Source: Calditrichia bacterium
GTDB taxonomy: Bacteria > Calditrichota > Calditrichia > RBG-13-44-9 > J075
Assembly: GCA_050633245.1 (NCBI GenBank)
Contig: JBOEGD010000011.1
Coordinates: 528,852 to 592,851 of the forward strand
Reading direction: 5' to 3'
Length of the DNA: 64,000 bases
Shown here: piece by piece, positions 39,513 to 49,964 of the stretch
How positions within the stretch are numbered: position 1 is the first letter of the stretch
Layout: each line of letters starts with the position of its first letter
Position numbers and translations under genes: made by a program
The notes under the pieces: generated by a model
Told to the model about the DNA's origin: nothing
Seen by the model: the letters and a program-made list of their open reading frames with translations, nothing else
Database searches by the model: none

Positions 39513-40392
39513 TGTTCTGTACCTGCTCACGCATGCGTTCAATTTCCTCTTTAACAGTAACAATTCGCTTGCTGATTTCAATTAAGCTACTTTTGCTGGA
39601 AATAGTATTTGCTTCACGATGCATTTCCTGTAGGATAAAATTCAGTTTCTTACCAATCGGAGATCCCTTGTCCAAGTTCGCCTGAAACTGTTGCAGATGA
39701 CTGCGCATGCGAACAACCTCTTCACTTATATCGACACGATCGGAAATCAACGCCAGCTCCATTTCCAATCTATTGCGGTCTATCTTCTTCTCATCGATCA
39801 TCGAGAGCAAGCGCTTGTTGAGCTTATCGAATTCGGTTCTCGCGTTATTTTTTCCGAGTTCAAAGATCTCATCATTCAAACTCGTAATGGAAGCAAGTCG
39901 CTGAAGTAAATCGTTGCGCAGGTTATCACCCTCGCGCATGCGTGTTTCATTAAGACCATCCAGCGTATCAGAAACAAGATTCATCAAGTGCTTTTTTAAA
40001 AGCTCAGAAAGTGCATCGTCTTCTTTGGCAACAAAAACATCTTTAAACTGCAGAAGGTCAGAGAGCTCTATTTTTTTTTCAATTCCAGCCGATTCTCGCA
40101 CACCATTTAACAATTTGGCATAGTTCTTCACCGCCCCCTCATTTACTTCTAAGGCATCAAGAGCTTCCTCTTTTGCCTGGATAATGATGGTGCAGTTAAT
40201 TTTACCGCGGTCTACTTTTTGGCGAATCAGTTCCTTCACGGCATCTTCCTGGTCACGAAAGATAGTAGGAAGCTTAACATACATTTCAAGATATCTGGAA
40301 TTTAAGGAACGTATTTCAGAGCTCAGCTCTGTCGTTTTAACGAGGGCTTTTCGGGAAGCGAAACCGGTCATACTATATACGGGAGTCCCCAT
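39505..40392 (-). CDS. yicC: YicC/YloC family endoribonuclease
   Basis: SMTGF, EIRSLNSRYL, DISEEVVR, GKKLNF..QEM.RE.NT..SK, REQVQNIE. Confidence 0.93.
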   Translation of the reverse strand: MGTPVYSMTGFASRKALVKTTELSSEIRSLNSRYLEMYVKLPTIFRDQEDAVKELIRQKVDRGKINCTIIIQAKEEALDALEVNEGAVKNYAKLLNGVRESAGIEKKIELSDLLQFKDVFVAKEDDALSELLKKHLMNLVSDTLDGLNETRMREGDNLRNDLLQRLASITSLNDEIFELGKNNARTEFDKLNKRLLSMIDEKKIDRNRLEMELALISDRVDISEEVVRMRSHLQQFQANLDKGSPIGKKLNFILQEMHREANTISSKSSLIEISKRIVTVKEEIERMREQVQNIE

Positions 40393-40587
40393 GCAATAAT
40401 TTTTCCTTTCTGCTATGACAGGAAAGTGACTTTTTCTATATTCCGGCGTCCCAATGATTAGAACATCCGAAAATATTTTCGGGCTGTTTCGACGCTTAAA
40501 ATCACGGTCACAGCGCGACTGAATATAACTGTGCATGTATGTGATCGCAACTTGTTTTAGGACATCAAACGGTAATGGGATAGTAAT

Positions 40588-41271
40588 ATGAAACTTTTAC
40601 TCATAGTCTTTCTGGCGCTGCTCGGCTTAGCTGCCATTAATCCACCCGAAGACCAGTATGAAAATCCACTGGTCTTGCGGTGTAAATTTATTAAGTCTAA
40701 GCCTGATATTGATGGAGGGATTGAAGAGGACACCTGGCTTGCTGCAGAACGTGCAAGCGGCTTCTGGAGATTGAATGCGAAGGGCAAGGCCATAGAGCAA
40801 ACAGAGGTTATGGCGGCATATGACAGTGAGAATCTGTACTTTGCTTTTTTCTGCCAAGACAAACGCCCCTACGCCATGCGCCAAAACATCACGACACACG
40901 ATGGTCCGATATGGCGAGACGATTGTGTAGAAGTATATATGGATGTCAACCACGATCATAAAACGTATTATCATCTAATTACAAATACCTTGGGGACTAA
41001 GTACGATGCAATCGGGTACGCTGGCTTTCTTGAATGGAACCCAAACTGGCAAGTTGCAACGTCAGTCGTTAAAAAGGGATGGATTGTAGAGCTGGCAATA
41101 CCTTTTGCAGAAATGGGTATTCCAGCACCACAGCCGGGTGAACGCTGGGGCTTTAATCTAAACCGGCAGCGCTACTCGAGGATGCTCGAGCGAAGCAGCT
41201 GGGCTGAGACATTAGAACACTTCCATGAGCCAAAAGTTTTCGGACATTTGCAGTTTATGCCGTTCTTTTAA
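40588..41271 (+). CDS. Secreted CBM9-like (DOMON-type) sugar-binding protein
   Basis: Signal peptide; PDIDG, YDSENLYF, DDCVEVYMD, W.VELAIPF, WGFNLNR. Confidence 0.78.
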   Translation: MKLLLIVFLALLGLAAINPPEDQYENPLVLRCKFIKSKPDIDGGIEEDTWLAAERASGFWRLNAKGKAIEQTEVMAAYDSENLYFAFFCQDKRPYAMRQNITTHDGPIWRDDCVEVYMDVNHDHKTYYHLITNTLGTKYDAIGYAGFLEWNPNWQVATSVVKKGWIVELAIPFAEMGIPAPQPGERWGFNLNRQRYSRMLERSSWAETLEHFHEPKVFGHLQFMPFF

Positions 41272-41432
41272 TCGCCCCCTCCCCTTCCTCCTGGTATCAA
41301 CGGCGGAAATTGTGAATAAAAATGTTTCCGCTGTTGTCAAAGTCTTTTTTATGTGTTATTTTTTCTGCGCCTAAAATTAGTAATACAAATCTGAGTCGAC
41401 AATTAGCCATAAAACCCTGAAGGAGAGGCTTC

Positions 41433-44015
41433 ATGCAATTCTTGGGCACAATCAAGGTAATCCCTGAGTTACCTGAAGAACTTAAACGCCTAAAAGATCT
41501 GGCCTATAATCTCTATTTTTCGTGGACACCTGAAGCGCGGCAGCTTTTTCGCCTGATAGATCCAGAACTTTGGACCCGTCTGAACCATAATCCTATTAAG
41601 TTTCTGAATGAGGTTCAGCAGAAAGAACTGGAGCGCGTCGCCAATGATCCAATCTATCTTTCGCAATTTAAGAAGATCATGGTCGAGTTCGATCAATACA
41701 TGCAGCAAAAAGACACCTGGTTCAACAAACACCATGCGTCGCAGAAAGATAAGGCTATTGCCTACTTCAGTGCAGAGTTTGGGATTCACGAGTCACTACC
41801 GATTTACTCTGGAGGTTTAGGAGTTCTTGCCGGTGACCACTTGAAGTCTGCCAGTGACCTCGGCCTTCCCCTGGTTGGCGTAAGCCTGCTTTACCATCAG
41901 ACCTACTTCACACAGCAAATCGATGCGGGTGGCAATCAAATTGCGCTTTACATCCCGGTAACCCCCGAAGCCCTACCGGTTCTGCCTGTGCTGACGGAAA
42001 AGGGAGACCTACTTAAGTTCCCGGTCCAGGTTGGTCAAAACAGCGTAACGGTTGGTGTTTATAAAGCACAAGTTGGCCGCATTACCGCATTCTTGCTGAG
42101 CACCGATCTTGAAGAAAACACTCCTGAAGCACGTTTGATTACCTCCCGTCTGTATGGTGGCGAAGAAGAAATGCGCATCTCACAGGAAATCATTCTTGGA
42201 ATGGGTGGCGTAATCGCACTGAAACTGATGGGTATCAAGCCGGGAATGTGGCACATGAACGAAGGCCACTCCGTATTTTTGGCTCTCGAACGCATTCGAC
42301 AACTGGTAAAAGAGCAGGATCTGAGTTTTTATCAAGCGATGGAAGCTGTTTCGTCAAACACCGTGTTTACAACGCACACACCTGTTCCCGCGGGCAATGA
42401 TGCCTTCCCACTGCACTTTGTGGATAAATACTTCCAAAGTTACTGGGAGTCTATCGGTATGCGCCGTTACCAGTTTATGGAGCTGGGTTCACAGGTTCAG
42501 CCGGAAGGTTATGAAATTTTCAATCTCACCATTCTCTCTCTCAAGCTTTCCAAATTCCGCAACGGTGTTAGTCAGCTGCACGGAGAGGTCTCGCGCGGGC
42601 TTTGGAAGGATGTTTGGCAAAACCTGCCGCAGGACGAAGTACCGATTACGCACATCACCAATGGCGTTCACACACATACCTGGACGGTCTACAGGCTTCG
42701 TAAACTCTATGAAAAGTATCTCGGACCAGATTGGCAAGAGCACCTGTGCGAGCCGATGTTCTGGGCAAAGGTCCACAATATTCCGAACAAGGAACTGTGG
42801 GATACCAAGCTGGAAATAAAGCAAAAAATGCTTAATCACATGAAGGAGCGTCTGCACGACCAGATGCTACGCAACAAAATTGGTACGCTGCAAATTAGCC
42901 GACTGCAAGACATGCTAGATCCGAATGTCCTTACGATTGGTTTTGCACGTCGTTTCGCAACATATAAACGCGGCACCTTGATTTTTCGCGACCTCGAAAG
43001 ACTGCGTCGCATTGTAAATCAACCGGGACGTGAGGTACAGATTGTCTTCGCAGGAAAGGCTCACCCGAAAGACAAAGGTGGTCAGGAGCTCATTCGTCAG
43101 ATTAATGAATTTGCTCGCATGGACGGCCTCCACGGTCGCATCTTCTTCATCGAGAACTACGACATGAGTCTTGCTCGCGACCTGGTTTCCGGAGTAGATG
43201 TTTGGTTAAACAATCCACGTCGCCCGCAGGAAGCTTCCGGCACCAGTGGTCAGAAAGTCGGAATGAATGGCGGGATCAACTTTTCCGTACTCGACGGCTG
43301 GTGGGTGGAAGGTTTTAATGGCAAAAACGGCTGGGCTTTTGGCGACCGTGAAGACTACTCCTCACTTGAAGAGCTGGACTCGTGGGATAGCGACGCCATT
43401 TATGACATCCTGGAGAACGACATCATTCCGCTGTATTATGGAAAAGATGAAACCGGATTGCCGAGCGAGTGGATCAAGATGATGAAACACTCTATGGAAA
43501 CAGTGTCATCGATGTTCAACACTCATCGAATGGTGCAAGATTATGTGGAAAACCTTTACATACCGGCGCTAAAACTTGGTGAAGACTTTAGTAAGAACGA
43601 ATTCAGCACGTCAAAACAGTACTCCGATTGGCGCGAGCAGATGGAACAAAACTGGTCACATGCGCATCTCTACATGGAAGAAGGCGATATGCAGACCAAT
43701 GATTCGCTGCATTACAACGAGCCATTTAAGCTCAGCGTTCGTGCTTACATGAAAGACATCTCACCATCAGACGTGCGAGTACAGGTGTATATGGTCGAAG
43801 ATCGTATCGATTCTCTTGGTAACAATCCATATGAGCTGGTAGATATGGTTAAGAAGAAAGATCTCGGAGACGGAAACTGGCTATACGAAGCAACGATTCG
43901 CCCAAGCAATAGCGGCAAATATCGCTACACAGTGCGCATGATTCCATTTCACAAAAAGCATCGCCAGCTCGGAGAACTCGGCCTGGTAACGTGGATGAAT
44001 GGAGTAGGCGAGTAA
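41433..44015 (+). CDS. glgP: Alpha-glucan (glycogen) phosphorylase
   Basis: AYFSAEFG, YSGGLGVLAGD, HMNEGH, FARRFATYKR, EASGTSGQK. Confidence 0.96.
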   Translation: MQFLGTIKVIPELPEELKRLKDLAYNLYFSWTPEARQLFRLIDPELWTRLNHNPIKFLNEVQQKELERVANDPIYLSQFKKIMVEFDQYMQQKDTWFNKHHASQKDKAIAYFSAEFGIHESLPIYSGGLGVLAGDHLKSASDLGLPLVGVSLLYHQTYFTQQIDAGGNQIALYIPVTPEALPVLPVLTEKGDLLKFPVQVGQNSVTVGVYKAQVGRITAFLLSTDLEENTPEARLITSRLYGGEEEMRISQEIILGMGGVIALKLMGIKPGMWHMNEGHSVFLALERIRQLVKEQDLSFYQAMEAVSSNTVFTTHTPVPAGNDAFPLHFVDKYFQSYWESIGMRRYQFMELGSQVQPEGYEIFNLTILSLKLSKFRNGVSQLHGEVSRGLWKDVWQNLPQDEVPITHITNGVHTHTWTVYRLRKLYEKYLGPDWQEHLCEPMFWAKVHNIPNKELWDTKLEIKQKMLNHMKERLHDQMLRNKIGTLQISRLQDMLDPNVLTIGFARRFATYKRGTLIFRDLERLRRIVNQPGREVQIVFAGKAHPKDKGGQELIRQINEFARMDGLHGRIFFIENYDMSLARDLVSGVDVWLNNPRRPQEASGTSGQKVGMNGGINFSVLDGWWVEGFNGKNGWAFGDREDYSSLEELDSWDSDAIYDILENDIIPLYYGKDETGLPSEWIKMMKHSMETVSSMFNTHRMVQDYVENLYIPALKLGEDFSKNEFSTSKQYSDWREQMEQNWSHAHLYMEEGDMQTNDSLHYNEPFKLSVRAYMKDISPSDVRVQVYMVEDRIDSLGNNPYELVDMVKKKDLGDGNWLYEATIRPSNSGKYRYTVRMIPFHKKHRQLGELGLVTWMNGVGE

Positions 44016-44065
44016 CCGGAATTATCCCAATGCCGAAGGCATAATGCAATACATCGTCAATAAGG

Positions 44066-44100
44066 AAGCCCTCTTGTTCGAATGAGCAAGAGGGCTTTTT
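44066..44100 (+). terminator. Intrinsic terminator after glgP
   Basis: AAGCCCTCTTGTTC-GAAT-GAGCAAGAGGGCTTTTT. Confidence 0.85.
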
Positions 44101-44121
44101 GTATAAAAGAAGGTATACTGG

Positions 44122-44607
44122 TTACTCCATCTCTGAGGATTGCTTCTGCTGAAGGCTCTTATCCCATTCCTGCCAGACCTCCTGAACCTTGCCATTCCGG
44201 TATTCCAGAATAGAAATCCCCGGTATGTTTAAAGACTTCTCATCAGATGGATCAAGATTAGATATCCAGCGGACGACAACCTTGTTGCCAGACTGAAAGA
44301 GATCTTCCACCGTATAGCGCATATTCGGAAAGTTTGACTGATAAAATTTAAATACTTCAGCAATTGCCTCATGCCCCTTAGCCGTTTGATTTACACCAGC
44401 ATGAAAAACGATGTCATCATTATAAAATGTTGATATCATATCGGCATTTTGCGGATTCAGGCACTCATTTATCAATCGCTTTGCCGTATGCGTAAGATCT
44501 GTCTCAGAAGCAGGATCTACTACATCTTTAGAGATCTTCTCCTTTTCAGAAACGCATGAACATAGCAGTATGACCAAGAGAGCTAAACAAAAAAACGTGC
44601 GATACAT
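44122..44607 (-). CDS. SnoaL-like / NTF2-fold lipoprotein (ester cyclase family)
   Basis: Lipobox-like LCSC; FPNMRYTVEDL...GNKVVVRW...GISI...NGKV.E.W. Confidence 0.75.
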   Translation of the reverse strand: MYRTFFCLALLVILLCSCVSEKEKISKDVVDPASETDLTHTAKRLINECLNPQNADMISTFYNDDIVFHAGVNQTAKGHEAIAEVFKFYQSNFPNMRYTVEDLFQSGNKVVVRWISNLDPSDEKSLNIPGISILEYRNGKVQEVWQEWDKSLQQKQSSEME

Positions 44608-44849
44608 AAAACCTCCCAATTTGGTTTATAAGTAATAATACAGATACTGCATATAAATATCAAATTGTAGAATTATCGGGCGCGTCGCTTATGGGGAAAA
44701 GAGTGCCGGAATGGAAGACGAGGTGAATTGGAGACTAGGCGAAAGAATAACAATATGCCTAAAGAACTGTGTTTCGGTATCTACTCCAGCATGTGCATAA
44801 CTCCAGGGATGTAAAGGGAAAAAGGATCATCCAATCAAAAATAGTAGAT

Positions 44850-45611
44850 CTAAATCTCTTTAAAAAACTCTGCAAACTCTTCTAAAGCAGCATAGTAATT
44901 TTTATTGCTGATGAAGTCGTATTTATGCAATCTCCGCAACACGATGCGGCTGCGCCAACGCAGTTCACGAGAAGGCTCAGTAGCAGAAAGAGATAAGGGC
45001 TTTGGTATGATTGCAACAAGCCTGGCCATCTCAAATAAAGACATGTCTGCCGGCTCCTTGTTGAAATTATGCATACTTGCTGCGCGAATACCAAAAATAC
45101 CTTCGCCAAATTCTATCGAGTTGAGATAAAGCTCAAGAATGCGACTTTTACTGAGGGTATATTCCAGTTCTTTGGTAATCAGGTATTCGCGAGCCTTGCG
45201 CAAAAGGCTTCGTTTAGGTGAGAGAAACAGGTTTTTTGCTGTTTGCTGAGTAATGGTACTGGCACCGCGAAGCTGCTTGCCTTCTTCCCGGTTTTTCTGA
45301 ATAGCCTCTTCGATTTCATGCCAATCGACACCTTCATGAACCCAAAAAGAGGCATCCTCTGCAACAACAACCGCTCGCCGCAACACCTTTGGTACGTCGT
45401 CGAGCGAAACAAGTTGATGTTTGATCACCAGAGATTTTCCATCAATATCTGCCTGCAAAAGGCGGTACTGCATGAAAGCCGTGGTATCGGGAGTCACGTG
45501 TTTCAAGTAATCCACATCCGGTACGGAGATCATTGTATAGCCGACGAAACCACCGGCTACACAAAACAATGCCATCCAGGCGTGCATCATAATTCGAAGC
45601 AGTCTGTTCAT
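44850..45611 (-). CDS. mtgA: Monofunctional peptidoglycan transglycosylase
   Basis: AEDASFWVHEGVD, RGASTITQQTAKNLFL, RKARE, LYLN.IEFG. Confidence 0.93.
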   Translation of the reverse strand: MNRLLRIMMHAWMALFCVAGGFVGYTMISVPDVDYLKHVTPDTTAFMQYRLLQADIDGKSLVIKHQLVSLDDVPKVLRRAVVVAEDASFWVHEGVDWHEIEEAIQKNREEGKQLRGASTITQQTAKNLFLSPKRSLLRKAREYLITKELEYTLSKSRILELYLNSIEFGEGIFGIRAASMHNFNKEPADMSLFEMARLVAIIPKPLSLSATEPSRELRWRSRIVLRRLHKYDFISNKNYYAALEEFAEFFKEI

Positions 45612-45727
45612 GAGGTGTATTTATCTTGAATAATTATTGCGTTATTTCTAATGCCCTTCGCATTACTACTTACCAACAACCGGCAAGAAAAAAATTGCGG
45701 AAACGCATAGCCATCAGGGTAAAGATA

Positions 45728-46144
45728 TTAATCTGAATGCTTATCATTTTCCTGCGATAGCTCAACCAGCATCCCATTAAGCGATTTGGGATGAGCGAAA
45801 GCAATTAACTTGCCTTCGGCACCAATTCTTGGAGACTCATCAATTAAGCGAATACCATTTTCCTTCATATTATCCAAAACGGACTGAACATCATCCACTC
45901 CATAGGCAATATGATGCATGCCTTCACCGCGCTTATCCAAATACTTTGCAATGGGCGACTCCGGAGAGGTGGGCTCAAGATATTCAATATTAGACTCCCC
46001 TACCCTGAATCCGACTACTCGAACTTTCTGCTCTTCCACTTCTTCTTCAAATACCGGGTCGAGCCCAAACACATTTTTATACATCTCTTTTACAGCATCC
46101 AGGGAATGGACAGCCACTCCTACATGATCTATTTTGTTAAGCAC
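45728..46144 (-). CDS. mce: Methylmalonyl-CoA epimerase
   Basis: IDHVGVAV, QKVRV, IEYLEP, GEGMHHIAY, GAEG..IAF.HPKS..G.LVEL. Confidence 0.92.
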   Translation of the reverse strand: MLNKIDHVGVAVHSLDAVKEMYKNVFGLDPVFEEEVEEQKVRVVGFRVGESNIEYLEPTSPESPIAKYLDKRGEGMHHIAYGVDDVQSVLDNMKENGIRLIDESPRIGAEGKLIAFAHPKSLNGMLVELSQENDKHSD

Positions 46145-46152
46145 ATTGCCTC

Positions 46153-47613
46153 CTAGCGAAGCTTGTAATTCGGAGATTCTTTGGTAATATCCACATTGTG
46201 CGGATGGCTCTCATGCATTCCGGCCGCCGTAATCTTTACAAATTGAGCGCGCTCCTGCAGTGCAGAGATACTTTCACAGCCGGTATACCCCATTGCCGAG
46301 CGCAATCCGCCTGCCATCTGGAATATGGTTTCACTAACCGGTCCACTATAAGGAACACGCCCTTCAATTCCCTCAGGCACCAGTTTTTTTGCATCTTCAA
46401 CATCAGCCTGAAAGTAGCGGTCTTTGCTGCCGCGTTTCATCGCGCCAAGTGAACCCATGCCACGCACCTGCTTATATTGACGTCCATCATAGAGAATGGT
46501 TTCACCCGGGCTCTCACCGGCTCCGGCAAACATACTCCCAATCATAACGCAATCTGCCCCTGCCACAATGGCCTTTGGAATATCGCCGGTATGTTTGATA
46601 CCGCCATCGGCGATAAGTGGGATATTCGCATCTTTACAGGCACGAGCGACTTCCATTATCGCTGTAATTTGCGGTACGCCCACACCTGTAACTATTCGAG
46701 TTGTACAAATTGATCCCGGGCCGATTCCAACCTTAACCGCATCTACCCCTTGCTTAATCAGGGCTTTCGCAGCATCATACGTTGCAATATTTCCGGCGAT
46801 CAACTGCATATCCGGATAACGTTTTTTGAATTCTCCAACCGTATCAATTACTTTTTGAGAATGCCCGTGAGCGGTATCCACAATAACAATATCTACACCG
46901 CTTGCGATAAGGGCCTCGGCACGGGACAAACCATCCTCTCCGACACCAATTGCCGCACCACAACGTAGACGCCCAAGATCGTCCTTACAGGCGAAGGGAT
47001 ATGTTTCCTTCTTTTGGATATCCTTAACGGTTATCAATCCTTTTAGACGATGCTGTTCATCCACGATCAACAACTTTTCAATACGATGTTTTTGTAGTAT
47101 CTGCTTCGCCTCTTCCAATGTCGTTCCAACCGGCGCGGTTATCAAATTGGAGTGCGTCATCAGATTCTCTATTGGCTGATCGAGGTTTTCCTCAAAACGC
47201 AAATCGCGATTAGTAATAATTCCAACTAGCTCATTGTCCTTTACAATTGGAATCCCGGAGATGTGAAATCGATTCATCATCGCCAGCGCTTCGCGGATGG
47301 AATGACCTGGCTCAAGCGTAATCGGATCGACAATCATTCCACTTTCCGAGCGTTTCACGCGATCTACCTGATCGGCCTGGTCCTCAATACTCAAGTTTTT
47401 ATGAAGTATTCCTAGACCGCCGGCTCGCGCCATTGCAATAGCCATTTCGTATTCCGTAACGGTATCCATTGCAGCAGAAAGGACTGGAGTATTTAGTAAA
47501 ATTTTATTGGTAAGACGTGTTGTTAAGTTCGCCTCATTGGGTAGGAAAACAGAATGCCCCGGGAGCAACAATACATCATCGAATGTAAGGGCTTCGGCAA
47601 TTACTTTTTTCAT
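46153..47613 (-). CDS. guaB: Inosine-5'-monophosphate dehydrogenase
   Basis: [20 protein letters not shown] pair, [22 protein letters not shown]. Confidence 0.97.
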   Translation of the reverse strand: MKKVIAEALTFDDVLLLPGHSVFLPNEANLTTRLTNKILLNTPVLSAAMDTVTEYEMAIAMARAGGLGILHKNLSIEDQADQVDRVKRSESGMIVDPITLEPGHSIREALAMMNRFHISGIPIVKDNELVGIITNRDLRFEENLDQPIENLMTHSNLITAPVGTTLEEAKQILQKHRIEKLLIVDEQHRLKGLITVKDIQKKETYPFACKDDLGRLRCGAAIGVGEDGLSRAEALIASGVDIVIVDTAHGHSQKVIDTVGEFKKRYPDMQLIAGNIATYDAAKALIKQGVDAVKVGIGPGSICTTRIVTGVGVPQITAIMEVARACKDANIPLIADGGIKHTGDIPKAIVAGADCVMIGSMFAGAGESPGETILYDGRQYKQVRGMGSLGAMKRGSKDRYFQADVEDAKKLVPEGIEGRVPYSGPVSETIFQMAGGLRSAMGYTGCESISALQERAQFVKITAAGMHESHPHNVDITKESPNYKLR

Positions 47614-47865
47614 ATAGTGCAATCCTCCATGGTTTGCCCATAAAGTTAACACCGATGATAAATTGCACCAAAGAAATTCGAAAATAATTTTACCATAATA
47701 AACTAAAGTCTATTAGATTATTGACGATAATTGTGAGGAAGAAATACATAACATTCTAACAATGACGTATTTTGTCGCATTACCGCATTCCAAACATGCA
47801 CAGAATCGCGTATTTCGATACAAATTAGAACATTTTATGTCTATCCATCAAAATGGAGGCTGCCA

Positions 47866-48696
47866 ATGATTTGCCCCAACTGTGGAGCAGGAAATCCTGA
47901 CGACAATCTGGTTTGTACGCGTTGCCAGCTGGTTTTTGCCCGCCAGCAGCGTCCGGTCGACTACAAAACCAGGCCGGAGAACCCACCTATTCAGGATATG
48001 CCGGATCATCCCCTTTCACCTGCCGAAGATCCAACGGTACTCTATCCGGAGAATCCACTCGAAGAGGATGAGCTAATTCCAGACGTCTCGCAATCCAGAC
48101 GACCACCTGCAGCTATTGATACTGGCGTTCGCTATCTGCCAATAGCAATCGGTATTATCGCACTTGGATTACTTTCAATAGCCGGATTTCTAATTATGCC
48201 CGAAGGAAAGGCACCCGTAGAATCAGCATCAGACGTTTATTTTGCAGAGGCAGAGCAACTATACAGTGAAAAGAATTACCTGGCGGCTCAAAAGTATTAC
48301 GAACAGTTTATTGCTGCCGCTCCTGAAAGTCCGCTGGCAAAACTTGCAGAAAGTAAGATTGCTGAGATCAATCAGCATTTTGCTCCTTCACGCAAAATAG
48401 AGGTAGACAGCTTGCTAACCAAGGCTCTTGCCGCCTTTGAGAAACAACGTTACGTTACCCCTGAGACAGACAATGTGGTCATCTATACCCGTCGGGTATT
48501 AGCACTTGACCCTCAAAATATTGACGCGAGAAATATTCAAACCATGATTCAGAATATTTACAGCCGCCACGTGGCGGACGCTATGGAAGCAAAGCGTTAT
48601 AGCGAAGCTGAAGACATTTGTCGCAAGATGCTCATTGTCGATCCCACAAGTATTGAAGCTCAGGATGCGCTGAATAAACTTTCTTCACTTAACTAG
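47866..48696 (+). CDS. Zinc-ribbon, single-TM, TPR-like membrane protein
   Basis: CPNC...CTRC; Pro/acidic linker; TM; helical TPR-like C-terminus. Confidence 0.65.
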   Translation: MICPNCGAGNPDDNLVCTRCQLVFARQQRPVDYKTRPENPPIQDMPDHPLSPAEDPTVLYPENPLEEDELIPDVSQSRRPPAAIDTGVRYLPIAIGIIALGLLSIAGFLIMPEGKAPVESASDVYFAEAEQLYSEKNYLAAQKYYEQFIAAAPESPLAKLAESKIAEINQHFAPSRKIEVDSLLTKALAAFEKQRYVTPETDNVVIYTRRVLALDPQNIDARNIQTMIQNIYSRHVADAMEAKRYSEAEDICRKMLIVDPTSIEAQDALNKLSSLN

Positions 48697-48713
48697 TTTT
48701 TACTCCCCGACAA

Positions 48714-48762
48714 CGTAAGGCGGTTTCGCCGGGCGCGGCGAAATCTCTTACGACGTTTTTTC
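48714..48762 (+). terminator. Probable intrinsic terminator
   Basis: CGTAAGGCGGTTTCGCCG...CGGCGAAATCTCTTACG followed by a T-run. Confidence 0.6.
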
Positions 48763-48814
48763 ACTTCCACAAAGGCTAACTATTTGCTATACTCAGGCCA
48801 CACTTGAGGTTAGC

Positions 48815-49720
48815 ATGAACTCCAAAGACAAATCACTACAGTTAATTTACCTTAAACTTATTGCTATGGGCGTATTTTGGGGTGGTACTTTTATTGCCGG
48901 TCGCGCCATAGCAGGAAGTGTTCCGCCATACTCCGCTGCATTTTTGAGATTTGCCACGGCCGCTATCGCCCTCATTTTTGTTGTTTATCACAGGTATGGG
49001 AAGTTACCGCGCCTGAATCGTAGCCAACTGTTGCAGGCTTCTCTCTTGGGCTTAACAGGTGTTTTTCTCTACAACATATTCTTCTTTAAGGGATTGGAAT
49101 TGATAAATGCGGGTCGCGCATCTCTTATCATTGCAAATAACCCGGTATTTATAGCACTCGCTGCAGCGCTCATATTTCGGGAACCTCTAGGCTCAACGCG
49201 CCTCATGGGAATCGCCATGTCCGTTATCGGAGCGCTCGTAGTAATTACAGGTGGAGAGCTCTCGCAACTTTGGCAGGGCGGGATTGGTCTTGGTGAACTA
49301 TTTATCTTTGGTTGTGTTGCTACGTGGGTCAGCGCATCTCTTATTGGAAAGTCTATGGTCGGCAGCCTTTCTCCTCTTTTAGCGGTCACTTACTCCTCCA
49401 TAATCGGATCTGTCGCGCTCTTACCACTCGCCCTTAGTGAAAATCTGGCAAGTATCTATACGGGTTTCACGATAGTAGATTGGGGCAGTGTGCTTTTTCT
49501 TGGCCTATTCGGTACCGTATTGGGGTTGCTGTGGTATTATCAAGGAATTGAGAAGATAGGAGCCGTAAGGGCAGGTCAGTTTATTAACCTGGTGCCCATA
49601 AGTGCAGTAACAATGGGCTGGTTGCTGTTAGGTGAAACTATAACCACCTCGTTGCTAATCGGCACCGTTTTGGTGGTAACGGGAGTCTATATAACAAATT
49701 CTGCAAGAGAAGCAGGGTAA
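48815..49720 (+). CDS. DMT/EamA family transporter
   Basis: FWGGTF, two EamA repeats, about 10 TM. Confidence 0.9.
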   Translation: MNSKDKSLQLIYLKLIAMGVFWGGTFIAGRAIAGSVPPYSAAFLRFATAAIALIFVVYHRYGKLPRLNRSQLLQASLLGLTGVFLYNIFFFKGLELINAGRASLIIANNPVFIALAAALIFREPLGSTRLMGIAMSVIGALVVITGGELSQLWQGGIGLGELFIFGCVATWVSASLIGKSMVGSLSPLLAVTYSSIIGSVALLPLALSENLASIYTGFTIVDWGSVLFLGLFGTVLGLLWYYQGIEKIGAVRAGQFINLVPISAVTMGWLLLGETITTSLLIGTVLVVTGVYITNSAREAG

Positions 49721-49761
49721 GTGAGTGCTAATACAATATTATTTGACACTATCTTGCAACC

Positions 49762-49847
49762 GGCTGAGCAGAGTCGAAGCCTTCTTGAGAGCTTACCAGC
49801 CTCTCGACTCTGCTCGAGGTGACAAAAACAAAATGCAAAATATTCTG
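49762..49847 (-). repeat. REP-like paired element (GTCACCTCGAGC..TCGAGAGG family)
   Basis: Internal inverted units GAGCAGAGTCGA / TCGACTCTGCTC; inverted homolog at 59166-59302. Confidence 0.75.
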
Positions 49848-49964
49848 CCATAATACTGAAAAGATTAACATTTTTACTTTTAAACCCGTTTTGTGATAGC
49901 TAATTTTCGGATAGAAAACATACGACAAAAACATATAAATTTTTAAGACAGGAGCATTGGCACT

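Noticed and set aside
39513-39581. Extended gmk N-terminus in the ORF track
   Set aside because: Overlaps the conserved yicC C-terminus; TTG 39512 is the more plausible start
44620-44850. Possible ncRNA or riboswitch near guaB-mce-mtgA
   Set aside because: No recognisable conserved motif; would need an Rfam scan
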